The translations under genes and the position numbers were made by a program. 64,000 bases of DNA from Eledone cirrhosa (Eukaryota). Below are positions 1-11,768 of this stretch, piece after piece. Every line of letters begins with the position of its first letter. The first letter of the stretch is position 1. A model generated the notes under the pieces. It had not been told where the DNA came from. It searched no databases and saw only the letters and a list, made by a program, of their open reading frames with translations. The stretch lies in the NCBI GenBank assembly GCA_964016885.1, contig OZ024747.1, positions 39,742,001 through 39,806,000 of the forward strand. The letters are read 5' to 3'.

Positions 1-1020
1 TAGGGCAATTACAATTACGATTAGAGAAATTAACAGAGTTATTAGCAAGTGACCTAGTATTATTTATAGAAGGAATTGGATTGGAGAAGTTATTTACGAT
101 AGGAACTATAGTTACCTGATTTAGATTGGTGTTATGAACATTCAACGAAGTTACGTTTGACGTCGTATTTAAATTTACAGAATCTAGCCAATGACGTCGG
201 GTATACTACTGCTATTATTATGACGCTCAATGTTGGAAGGATGTAATTTATTATTTAATATTTTATTGTTGTGTTTAGAGATAATGTTAGCGGTGTTGGG
301 AGTGGTGGAATAAGAAAATTTAATTGTATGTTTGTTAAAGATTTCACTATAGATATGTGAGGGAGGGAAGCATTTATCTAAGGCCCTAAAGAATAGTTTA
401 GGAATATTATTATTAATAGATAGAGAAAAAGGAGCATTAAACCAGATTATGTTTTTGTATCTAGGTCTTTTATTTAAGTTATTGGAATGTTCATAATTAA
501 TTATTTTACTATAAGACCTTCGATGATTGGTTTCCTTACTGTATTTAATTTTATCAGGATAACCGGCTTTAGAAAGCGCATTATTATAGTAAGTGGCATT
601 AGCGTCGAAGATATCTTTATTAGAGGATAGATTTGAGATTCTTTATTCAATATTACTGATTATAGAATTTTTAATGTTAGTGGGGTGGTTAGATTTAAAA
701 TTAACATAATTTAAATTCTCATTGTTTTTATGGTAAGGGATAGGCCAGTGTCAAGATTAAGGGATATATCCAAGAAGTTAGCTAGTTTGACGTTGTTATC
801 AAATTCAATTTTAAGGTTATGGTGCTTAAAGAGATCACGTATATTGTTCTTAATAATATTGTGGTTGACTAAGTTACAGTTTAAGATAGTAAAAAGGCCA
901 TCGTCACGATAAACTCCACCGCGAAGTTGAGGAATTTTCCGATTTAAAGAATTCAAAATAAAGATACCAATCAAATCAGACAATTGCGATGAATCGGAAG
1001 CACCCATTGTGATAACATTA
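1..1020 (-). mobile_element. Penelope-like element, degraded RT/thumb/linker fragment (YRDDG-type, possibly Naiad-like)
   Basis: ORF 711-1007: MGASDSSQLSDLIG..GGVYRDDGL..NFLDISLNLDTG. Downstream frames read SNHP and IIWFNAPFS, typical of PLE RT C-terminal regions. Frameshifted, with stops. Confidence 0.8.
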
Positions 1021-1029
1021 AAAATTAAT

Positions 1030-1559
1030 TATCACCTAACTCTCCATCTCTCTATATGAATTAACACCAAACTATTCCCCTCTATATATCTACTACACGG
1101 AACTCTCTTCCAATCCCACTCTCAATGAACATCAAACGCTCCCCCTTTCTATATCTACCATACAACACTCTCTTATTCCCTCGCACTCTATCCATCATTA
1201 CCAAACCCTCCCCCTCTCTATATCTAACAGTACCTATATCAATCCTCCCACTCTATTCATTAGCACCACATTCTCACCCTCTTTATATCTACTACACGGA
1301 ACTCTCTATAGTAATTAACATCAATCTCTCCCCCTCTCTATTATATAACACATTTTCCCAACCTTCCTCTCTATATCAATTACTAATAAACTCTCCCATT
1401 CTCTATATCTATCTCTCCCATTTATCTCTACATAACATGCACATAAATTGTAGTGCATATACAAATAGATATCTGTTTTGCTAGTTTGGGCAGAAAAACA
1501 TAATTATGGGGGTGGGGAGCATGACTTCCCCGGTCCCTCCATCAGTTCCACCGCTCCTG
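1030..1559. mobile_element. Non-autonomous MITE-like repeat with internal C/T-rich tandem array
   Basis: Internal repeats of ctctatatatctactacacggaactctc are shared with 51160-51670. The right end (cataacatgcacataaattgtag...aaatagat...ccgctcctg) is shared with 47028-47147. Confidence 0.55.
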
Positions 1560-1689
1560 ATATATATATATATATATATATATTGAGTATATGTTGGTTG
1601 TTTACCGACACCTCAGTATGCAGATTGGAGCACTCGACGAAGTACGCAGGTTGGTTGGTTTACTCAGAAGTAATGTAAAATAATTAAGT

Positions 1690-1903
1690 CAAATATGTAA
1701 AATTTGGCTTCGTTTCTTATAAATTATAGATATACTGCTATATATATTTCGGTGACAGCCATCATTGGCTGTGACCTCTTCAGGCAGTCTTAATTGGTGT
1801 GGGAGAGACAGGTACACATGTTGTTGGAGTGTGTTTTACTCCGTCAATACTCCGATATGTCCAGCTGCTGGTTGCGTTGTTATTTCTCTGCGGAACTAGA
1901 ATC

Positions 1904-1982
<79 letters not shown>

Positions 1983-2290
1983 AGGTGCTTAAGCTGTGTC
2001 TGCGAGAATGTGTGATCCGCGTATGATTTGATGAATTTAGAGAGTGAGTACGGTTTGTTTGTCAGAAGTCTTGGTTACAGGTTAGCGTTCAGTTTAGGGT
2101 ATTTGCTGAACGTGAATATACTAGTTTGAGCAATAACGGTCTTATTTACGTATATTTATCATGTAAGATAATATTATCTATTACATGTGTCTCGCAAATT
2201 GATTCTATGTATGAGGGTAAAGTACAATTTTTTGGAGACTCAAATGGTAGCTATTATGACAGTAGAATTATAAGGGCAAATATACCACGA
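1690..2290 (-). mobile_element. Penelope-like element 3' end / pseudo-LTR remnant
   Basis: Carries the hammerhead at 1734-1788. Minus strand near 2080-2130 is a decayed LESxxIxxxxPKLN-like GIY-YIG C-terminus. Confidence 0.5.
1734..1788 (-). ncRNA. Minimal type I hammerhead ribozyme
   Basis: Minus strand reads ACUGC-CUGAAGA-GGUcACAGCCA(AUGA)UGGCUGUcACC-GAAA-UAUAUAUA-GCAGU: 5-bp stem I, intact core, long stem II, palindromic minimal stem III, AUA cleavage triplet. Confidence 0.8.
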
Positions 2291-2941
2291 GAAACAAAAG
2301 CGATATCTTTAAAGAAATATGTGTGATAATTCATTGGAATGAAACCAAAATTATGAAATAGTAAATATGTGTAACATTATACTTATTTTGGTAGACAAAG
2401 AAAAATATATGTGAAGGAAGCCATCCTATAATTTCGAATATTTCTTGGGCGTTAATGTAAAAAAAATCAATTAAATTTGAAATGATTGTAATTCTGCTGT
2501 AGAAAAATATATTGTAGTTGCAAATTAAATGAAGATTAATAAATATAAAAATAGTTTAATAGGATAGTGTCAGATATATTTTGCATAATCATATGCATAT
2601 AATAACTCGGCTGACATTGAAACTAGTGTTGAGCAGTTATGTAATATTGTTAAAGCTGGCAACATATTTTAACCAAAGTTCTCTGTTTATCAGTTAATGT
2701 TGTAGAGTTTCTCTAAAATAATATTGAAAAGTAGTGAATAGAAATAATACCCTAGGCAGCTGCATAATTATTGAGCTACATAAAAAAGTCTCAAAGTATG
2801 TATTATCTATGTAGGCGAAGAATTACATAAAAACATAATACATTTTGTTAAAACATGGGAATGTATTCAATAAATTATTTCCCCTGGGAATATAACACCG
2901 TTATAGTAAAATAAATTTAACGCTACTATGTTTATAAAAGA

Positions 2942-3085
2942 CCCCAGTGCGTGACTAGTACTTTATTTTATCGACCCCCGTAAGGATGAAAGGCAAAGTT
3001 AACCTTGGCGGGATTTGAACTCAGATCATAAAGGGCCGTAACAAAGCATGGCGTCCCAACCTCTACCGAAACTGCCAATCCACCG
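2942..3085 (-). mobile_element. SINE family A (tRNA head plus Deu/Nin-like core)
   Basis: Reverse complement contains the B-box gagttcaaatcc and the core ttgcctttcatccttacggggtcgataaaataaagtac. Confidence 0.85.
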
Positions 3086-3370
3086 TTAGCAAATAATGCA
3101 ATTTTATATGGGCATTTTGATAAAAACGCTTGACTTCCATTTGTTACTTTCCCTCGATTTCCCAGTGGTAATAGTTACTAGTGTATACATTATTTTTTTC
3201 AAATCAAAAACCTTATAGTTATAAGTTTATAAAACAACTATTTAATCGAATATACCTACGATATTCTTCCTAAACATCTTTGAACCTATTACATTACATC
3301 ATCTTCAATAATAAAAAGAAAGAGTTATTATTAAAATATAACACGATTTATTTCACCTTCCCTTCACCAA

Positions 3371-3569
3371 TCGAGGGTTGGTTGAAAACTTCATAGGCTG
3401 ACTATGGAGGGGTGACACTATAACTGTGAAATCTTGTATGCATAAATTTCAACAGTTATTAATTTACTGCATTGTTTCCTTACAGGGTCGAAACTGAAAA
3501 ATAAACTCCATTTGGTCATTCCATGAGAGTATCTTATTGAGCCTATGAACTTCTCATCTGACACTTGTA
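3371..3569. mobile_element. Mariner-derived MITE-like element (diverged)
   Basis: Imperfect TIRs: cgagggttggttgaaaacttcataggct ... agcctatgaacttctcatctgacacttgta. A related fragment lies at ~29089-29160. Confidence 0.5.
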
Positions 3570-4218
3570 TTGTGAAAACTACTACACTTCAGCAATTTTA
3601 TTGTTTTCAATTATCATTTATTGATAATGCTATTCCAACATATTTATTCCAACATATTTATATTTCTCTCATATCAATTTATCTAATTCCATTTAAATAG
3701 CTTCATGTGGCGACCCCTTTAAACATTAAATATCCACCACTACTTCAGATATAAAGTTATTCTTTACGAAGTAAAAATGCATCTATACATGTCCACTTTG
3801 AGGGCGATAGATTAGTAGAGTCGATAGAGCATTGGGTAAAACGCTTTGTGACATTTCATGTTGCTCTTTCTATTATGAGTTCAATTCCCGTTGAAGTTTT
3901 ATTTCGTCCTTTCATTGTTGAAAAAATAAAATACCTGCCAAATCCTAGGGTGGTTACAATCGACTATCCCTTCCACAAATATTGCTGACATGCCAGATTA
4001 AAAATATTCTATATCCAGTCTAACCTGTAGCCAACCGTAATTTAAACAATTGTCTCACTAATAGGTAAATATCATGGTCATTTACGTTGGGACAACCAAG
4101 TACATATCCTTAATGCTTCTTAAGCCAACTATTTGTTATATATATAAAGTTTACTCATATATATATATACATGCATAGACATACATCCAATACATAAATA
4201 CATACATATGTTTTTTTT

Positions 4219-5048
4219 CTAGGGCGGGGAAAATTCCCGCGATCCATGGACAAGTTCTCTGCAGCGGTCTCTGTCCCTCATTATCGCTGACATGTCCTGC
4301 GTCTCCAACAGACCAGTGTCTGTCCTTAGGGCATCAACATACGTTAACCTTGGTCTTCCTCTTCCAGTGTGTCCATGTAGGGGCTCCCACAGGAGCACTG
4401 AGTGCAAAGTCAACTCCGGATGCTGGTGAGCATGTCCAGCTAACCTCAGTCTCCTCTGTGTCACTTTTGAGCTGACTTTTGGGAGGCTCTCATACAGCTC
4501 TGAGTTTTTCATCCTCAGTGTATACTGATTAATGTTCAGAGCCATCCTCAGCATTCTCGTGTAGCACCCATCCACCATCTGAGTGAGTTTCTTGGTCCGT
4601 GTCCAAGTCTCAGACCCGTACAGCAGCACAGACTCCACTACAGCAATGAAGCGGCGGATTTTCAGGTCTTTACGAAGGTCTGACTTCCACACCGATCTCA
4701 AGCTGTGGCACGCCGCCCAGGCTTTCCTCTTCCTCTCAACCACATCATCTTCCGTATTCCCAATCTTTGCTCCCAAATACAGGAAGTCCTCCACCAATTC
4801 TAGCGCCTTCCCGCCTACATTAGTGATCCCCTCTGGCTTCTCAACATTCTCTACCAGATATTTTGTTTTAGTCTCATTCATTCTCAGCCCCACACTCATC
4901 GACACAGTCTCAACCTCCTGCATCAAATCCTCTGCCTCCTTCACTGTATTTGTCACCAAAACTATGTCGTCGGCAAATTCAGCATCTGATATCTTTTTCG
5001 CCTTAACTCTCCTGCTCTGAGTCGGTGTTACAGTAAAGCCAGAGTCCT

Positions 5049-5050
<2 letters not shown>
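4219..5050 (-). mobile_element. RTE-clade LINE, 5'-truncated (RT C-terminal half), copy 1
   Basis: Open ORF with EFADDIVL, FLYLG, ESVLLYGSETW, RRLRLAGH, GRGRPRLTY. The 5' junction lies in (TA)n. Confidence 0.92.
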
Positions 5051-5117
<67 letters not shown>

Positions 5118-5226
5118 GTATAAAAATCAATACAATATAATTACCTCATTAACAGAGGTTTCCCGAATGAGGCGAATACGAAAGAAACGTCTTCATTCGT
5201 TCGTCAGACGAGGCAATATCATATAT

Positions 5227-5316
5227 ATAGGAACAAGTATAACCCCGACGGCAGAGCTCAAGCCGTTTCGACGGGTAATTCTTGAGCTCTGCCGTCGGGG
5301 TCATACTTGTACCTAT
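5227..5316. repeat. Foldback hairpin, 36-bp arms
   Basis: 5227-5262 is the reverse complement of 5281-5316 with 2 mismatches; 18-nt loop. Confidence 0.9.
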
Positions 5317-5392
5317 TACCCACTCTACTACCCTAAGTATTGAGTACTTTGGTGCGTTATGGTCCATCTGGTTCCTTACCACATTTCCTTCG

Positions 5393-5427
<35 letters not shown>

Positions 5428-5508
5428 TGCATAGACATAATTACAATACATAAATACATACTTATATATATATATATATATGCATAGACATACATAAAAT
5501 ACATAAAT

Positions 5509-5596
<88 letters not shown>

Positions 5597-5871
5597 CTGA
5601 TAACCTCTTGTGACATGAGATATTTTCACAGAAAAAGTTAAAAGAAAATATTGGCTATACATCTATATATACAGTCGAACGCATATACGAATATCTCTCT
5701 CTATTTCTTAGTTTATTCTTTAAGTGCATTCATATATTTTTTCGTCAAATTGCAATGCACGCACGCATACACAAACGTAAACAGATGGACATATGAAGGT
5801 ACACACAAGTACAGTCACAAACACACACACACAAACACAGCGGTAGTCACAAACAGTCTAACATTATTATC

Positions 5872-6180
5872 CGCCCCGCCGAGGTTAACTTTGCCTTTCA
5901 TCCTTACGGGGTCGATAAAATAAAGTACCAGTAATGTACTGGGTTATTGCTGGCCTTGTGCCAAAAGTAGAAACAATTATTATAGCCTGCAGTGAATTGG
6001 CATATCGGTAGAGGGTTGGACGCCATGCTTTCTAGAATATTTACGTCCCTTTACGGTCTGAGTTCAAATCCCGTCAAGGTTAACTTTGCCTTTCATCCTT
6101 ATGGGGTCTATAAAATAAAGTACCAGTAATACACTGGGATAATTGCTGGCCTTGTGCCAAAAGTAGAAACAATTATTATA
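5872..6180 (+). mobile_element. Two tandem SINE family A copies (first 5'-truncated)
   Basis: The core gcctttcatcctta.ggggtc.ataaaataaagtaccag and the tail gtagaaacaattattat each occur twice. Confidence 0.9.
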
Positions 6181-7505
6181 GTCTACCTTATCTTGCCCAA
6201 AGATAAAATTGATATCCCACAACCACGCAGCTGGAACATTTCCATCTCCAGCAGATCAATGTCTCCTATACTAAAGTTTTGCAGCTGCAATAAAGCAACG
6301 AAAATCACATTCCTATACAATTCTACACACACACACTTGCAGAATAAATACAAACATATGCATACACTGACGCAAATAGACTTCAAATTATTTTTATCTC
6401 AGCTGTCTTTCTCTCTGTCTCTCACTTTTCGCTATATATGTTCGTGTGTGTGTGTATGCTCACCTATATAGAAAGTGATAATGTGTATGAACAGAAACAT
6501 ATTGATACACATAAATTCATTTGATAAAAAAAAATATTTTCTTCATGATGTTGTGTCCTTTATAAATTCTTGAACTGACTGAAACAAATAAACAAATAAC
6601 TGAATAAATTAAGAAAATGGAAAAAAAAAAAAACAACAAATTATTAAAGTAAAAAAAAAAGAAAACGGAAATGAAACATTGAAGATTGAAATACGTAATG
6701 AAAAATTCCGGGGAAAATATATTTTCTGACAAATAGAAAAAAACATCTCCATGAAAATGTTTTACTTAGTTCAAACAGGAATATATCACTGCTTAAACAA
6801 CTTTAAGAGAACGGCAGAAATTCGTAGCATAATTGCAGACTTTGGAAGAATTTGAAACATTTCTGAATGATGTACTGAGTAATCTGTTCAATAAAGCATG
6901 ATATTGTTGCTAAAACAATGTATTATGCCACGCGCAAGAGAGACAAATTTAGGATAATTACCTATATTATGGAATACTACATACATACGACAGAGGAAAC
7001 GTTCGTAGGCATACCCATGGAAACGTGGGGCAAGTTAAAACGTAAGAGGCCAAATAAGTATAATTGTTTGGGAGAAAATAAAAAAAATAAACATATATAA
7101 CAAGACCCACTGGAAGGAGTGTTTGAGGACTCAGCTCCCACGATGCTGTCGCATTTACTGCCATAGCCAACACATACTGGAATCGAATTCTGTCAATTGA
7201 TTGGTTATTGATTAGGCGAGACCTGCTAATAAAGCCACATACGCCGATTATGCATAATAAACGTAGAAGATGTATGCAGTACGCTCTCTTACTGCATTAA
7301 GTGTGGCAGAAATTAGAGTACGGGTATAAATTTATGGTACCCATTTACGTGTGTTGTATCGAGGCAAATAACTTTGTGTCTACTCTGGGATTTATACATA
7401 ACCTTACTTATTGCGTACGCTGAGATGCAACCGTTACTAGCAGGGAAACATTATGCTAGTCCCGTTAACCTCTTATTATTATCATCATTATTATTATTAT
7501 TATTA

Positions 7506-9285
7506 CAGTTGGATTTATCTTGCTTTATCTTCATACGAGTTATCACCACGTCACAACCAGTGGCCTCAAGAGACAACAAGGTCCGCCATGTTCAAGAAAG
7601 AACATACATACACACACATGCATCTTTAGGTGTATAGACTTGTGATGTACTTATATTGACAGAATCTTCCTTAGTATATGGGCAGTTCCGATTAGTTCTA
7701 TCTTTTGTATTTCTCCTATACGCGGGTTTCCTGGGATTTGCGATAAGTAATCACTAGCCCCCTTAGGTATCATTCCTAGAGCGCCTACAACCACTGGTAT
7801 TGTTTTAGTTCTCAAGTTCCACATTTTTCCAATTTCTATCTCCTGGTCCTTATACTTGCCCAATTTTTCAAATGTTTTTATAGATACATTTTTGTCTATT
7901 GGAACGGACATATCAATTAGCAGGCATACCCTCTTTTTAAAGTCCTTCAATATTATATCAGCTCTATTTGCATCTATTTTTCGGTCTGTTTGGATGCTAA
8001 AGTTCCACAAGATTGAGATGTGATCTTTTTCAAGTATGGGTGGTGGTTGATGCTCCCACCAATTCTTTTGATGGGGCAGGTCAAAATTCTCCAATGTATG
8101 TATTGTGCAGCTCTGTCATGCCTGTTTAGGTATTCGGTTGCAGCTATAGGACTGCACATTGAAATTATACGATCAATGGTCTCTGGTTGTTTTTCACATA
8201 CACGGCATAATGGGTTGCATCCATTTTTTATTATGTTGGCTTGGTAATTTTTTGTTGGCAGACACTGATATTGTGCTGATGTAATCAGTCATACAGTCTC
8301 CGATTTCAGTCAAGAGGATGCCAACCATGGATATGTTAAAGGTTTGTCAACATCAGGATTGTTAGCTCTTTCTGGGGTTTTCCATACAGAGGCTTTTCTT
8401 GCCATTTCTTAGCCAGTTTCTGTAACAGTTCTTTCTTTTCAGTTACGTTTACCTGTTTTGTTTTTTCTGTGTTTTTCATTTCAGCAGTAAATGGAACTTC
8501 TTAAAGTTGTAGTCCATTACTGTAACTTTGTGAATCTTTTGTAATGGAGTATGATCTTTTGATGCTTTCGTGTTTCAAAACGAGTTTGATCATCCAATTA
8601 TGTAATTCCCTTAGATATGTAGATAATCCAATTGTTGCAGTTTTCAACGCAATATCTAACTGGATTAACCCATGTCCTCCTGCTTTCCGAGGGAGATATA
8701 TTCTATCTGTATCTGCCTTAGGGTGATGCATTCTGTGCATGGTTAAGAATTTTCTAATTTCTGTATCGAGCCTACGGATCTCTGTGCTTGACCAGTTGAT
8801 GACATTGTAACTGTAGGTTACTACTGGTATGGCAAGCGTGTTTATGGCATCGATCCTATTCCTTGCACTCAATTCCGTTCTTAAGATTGCTCTTATTCTG
8901 CGGTAACATTCCTCCCTTATCCTTTCCCTCATTGTCGAGTGCTTGATTCCTTCACAAACACCTAGATATTTGTAAGTTTCCTCTTGATCAAGTTCTCTTA
9001 TCACATTCCCCCGATCAAGATTAATGTCTGAACTTTTTAGCAGCTTTCCTCTGGTGAACGTTGCTTTGGCGCATTTATCTAGTCCAAACTTCATTTTAAT
9101 GTCATCACTGAACTGCTTCACAGTGGATAATAGCCCTTGTAATTGTTCATCATTTTTTTCAAATAGTTTCAGGTCATCCATGTAGAACAAGTGATTAATG
9201 GTTTTGTCATAGACTTTATATCCATGTTTTGTTTCATTGAGCATTTTACTTAATGGTATAAGTGCGATGCAGAATAAAAGCGGTG
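7506..9285 (-). mobile_element. Dong/R4-clade non-LTR retrotransposon (RT plus zinc knuckle plus RLE endonuclease), 5'-truncated and decayed
   Basis: Motifs NHLFYMDDLKLF, FGLDKC, YKYLG, YLPRKAGGHGL, YLNRHD and ILWNFSIQTDRKIDANRADII..LLIDMSVP..KY..TIPVVVGALG. Flanked by (TAA)n at both ends (7473-7505, 9286-9297). Confidence 0.9.
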
Positions 9286-9301
9286 ATTATTATTATTTCA
9301 T

Positions 9302-9471
9302 TGTCCCTCGGAAGTCTCCCCCCTATTGGGGAATTTTTTCATTGTTCTATTATTACATCCTCTGTTTTTTGATTTTTTACACGCAGAAATGCCCTTTTGT
9401 ACCGTCCTCTATTGTCCTGTACAGTCCTTAATGTCTACTTTGTGTAAACCCTTGTGGTTAATAAAGAAAGC
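9302..9471 (+). mobile_element. 5'-truncated copy (3' UTR only) of Tx1 family A
   Basis: Direct repeat of 15215-15383 with about a dozen differences. Ends AATAAAGAAAGC followed by (ATT)6. Confidence 0.9.
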
Positions 9472-9706
9472 ATTATTATTATTATTATTGGCGACCTACG
9501 TAGTAAATCGTATTATCGTGAGCTCCGCAAAGGTTTGTTATTTTCAGTTGTTTAAAATTGCCATTTATGGAAAATTTTTATTGTTAACTGTATATAAGTT
9601 CACATACATTGTTTTCTGAAAAGGACACTCAAAAAGATTGGGGCCTTGAGCCCAAAATTTAAACTTTTTATAATTATCAAACAAAAAAAAATTTCTTTGA
9701 AAAATC

Positions 9707-11734
9707 ATGGCCGACTCAGAGTCACACATTCCTCACAAACTAACTCCTCACACCGACACCACCATTGTAAATATTACTACGTTTGCCAACACTAAAACTA
9801 TAAGCAGGAGTAATATTTTAAATTTGTCTCAGGCAGACATTCATTTCCCGCCATTACCAATGACTGCATGTGTTAAAGCCGCCACCCCCACCACCACAGC
9901 GACAACAGAAACAAAAGAAAAAAATAAATTAACTCGTGATATCGAAATGAATTCAAACAAAATGAACTCTTCCACACCGAACACCACTGACGCCACCACC
10001 ACCACAACTGAAACTAAAATTAACAATAACAAAAATAACGATAACAACAACAACAATGAAATTAAGAAAACTACCCTGTCTTTTGCAAGAGTAGCAAAAA
10101 CGTGCGAAGCGATCCAGGTAACTCAGGAGGAATTAGAAGAAGCCAAAAGAATGGTAAAGAAAGATGGGTACAGGGTCAGCCCCCCCCCCCCCCCCCCCCC
10201 CTCCCCCCACACACCACCTAATAAAATGGAGCATCGTCGCCTATGCACCGTGTCTTATCGGACAATTAACATAAAATCGCGCCGAATGGAACAAAAAAAA
10301 CCACATCAGACGTGGGCAGAAATATGGAACCGTGGACGCGTTCTTTGAAACACCACAGGAGGCCAGAGAACACTCCATGGCCCCATTAAGAAGTGACAAC
10401 TTCACATTCGTCCCAAGCTATTGTGGCCAGAGACTCGTAAAGATCAGGGTGACCCACGTTCCACCGGCCATCGAAATTCCCTGGCTAATGGCTGCCGTCC
10501 TCGAAAAGAAAAGCAGGAGAACTGGTCCGGATCTGGGATGGAGCTCCTGATCCAAGCGGACCATAAAAGCATTGAGGAGATCCCAGAGGTAATAGACCTC
10601 ACTGACGGCAGCCACCTTACCGTAATCGTCAAGGGTAGAAGGCCTAGGTGTGTCATTTGTGGTGAAGGAACCTACCTAAGGGCTTTCTGCCCTCAGGCTA
10701 AAAGGTTGAGGCCCCCCCCCCCCCAGTGACTCAACCATCAACACCACCAGCAGCAGAGATGGCAGCAACAACTGTAGCAGCAACAACAGAAGCAAATGTA
10801 ACAGCAACACCCCCAGCAACAGTAGCAAAACCAACACCACCCAACGCGCCAGAACTAGCACCAGCGCCTACACCATCCACAACGCCACAACCAAAACCAA
10901 CGCCTGTGGAGGATTTTCCACTCCCCGGCTTATCACAACTGGAGACAGATTGTGACGACGAGGAGTGGGAAACGGTATCAGGATAAAAGAAAAAAAGAAA
11001 CCAAAAGAGAAAAAATTCTCTACCTTTTCCCCTCCAAAAACAAAATACAGAGGGAAACAAATAAACTATCAAACAAAAAAGTGAGGACAGATATGCCACC
11101 ATCCACACCAGCATCACCAACTCTATCACCACAAACACCAACACCATCACCATCATTAACCCCAACACCACCATCACCAACAACACAAAAGTCACCAAAA
11201 AGCGAAAATGAAACAAACCCACAACAAACGCAAACAAAACAAAACAACCAAAACGATACACACTACACAGTGGATTTGCAGTGTTGGGAGAGAGTTGGAC
11301 GCCATGCTTTGACGTATAGAGTTACGGCTCTTGCCATTCTGAGTTCAAATCCCGCCGAGATTTACTTTGCCTTTCATCCTTACGGGGTCGATAAAATAAA
11401 GTACCAGTAATGCACTGGGTATTTACTGGCCTTGTGCCTCACGTAGAAACAATTAAATTTGAACAACAACCAATTATTACACTACATGCAACACAACACC
11501 AGCATCACAGAAAAAGACTACACAACAACCCAAAAGTTCACACCTCCTCCACACATACAAATCACTCGCATCACACAGAAAACGTACACAACACTAAAAC
11601 AAAAATTCCCCAAACACATCGGAGACTTCCGACAAGCACTCTCCAGGAGGATTTATAAAGACATCCTGCCGGAGGAGGCCACAAGCAGTGAAAAGGATGG
11701 ACAAACCATCCTTCCTCTACGAGAAGTAAGGTAA
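9707..11734 (+). pseudogene. Tx1 family A ORF1 (gag-like, degenerate zinc knuckle CVICGEGTYLRAFC), frameshifted and SINE-interrupted
   Basis: Fragments align with ORF1 at 30469-32346 (SFARVAK, NFTFVPSYCGQ, VIVKGRRPRC, HYT..NNNQL). Confidence 0.85.
11269..11455 (+). mobile_element. SINE family A inserted in Tx1 family A ORF1
   Basis: B-box gagttcaaatcc, core and gtagaaacaatt tail interrupt the ORF1 homology. Confidence 0.9.
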
Positions 11735-11768
11735 GTAGTCTTTCCCATCTTTTCCACTCCATTTCAAC

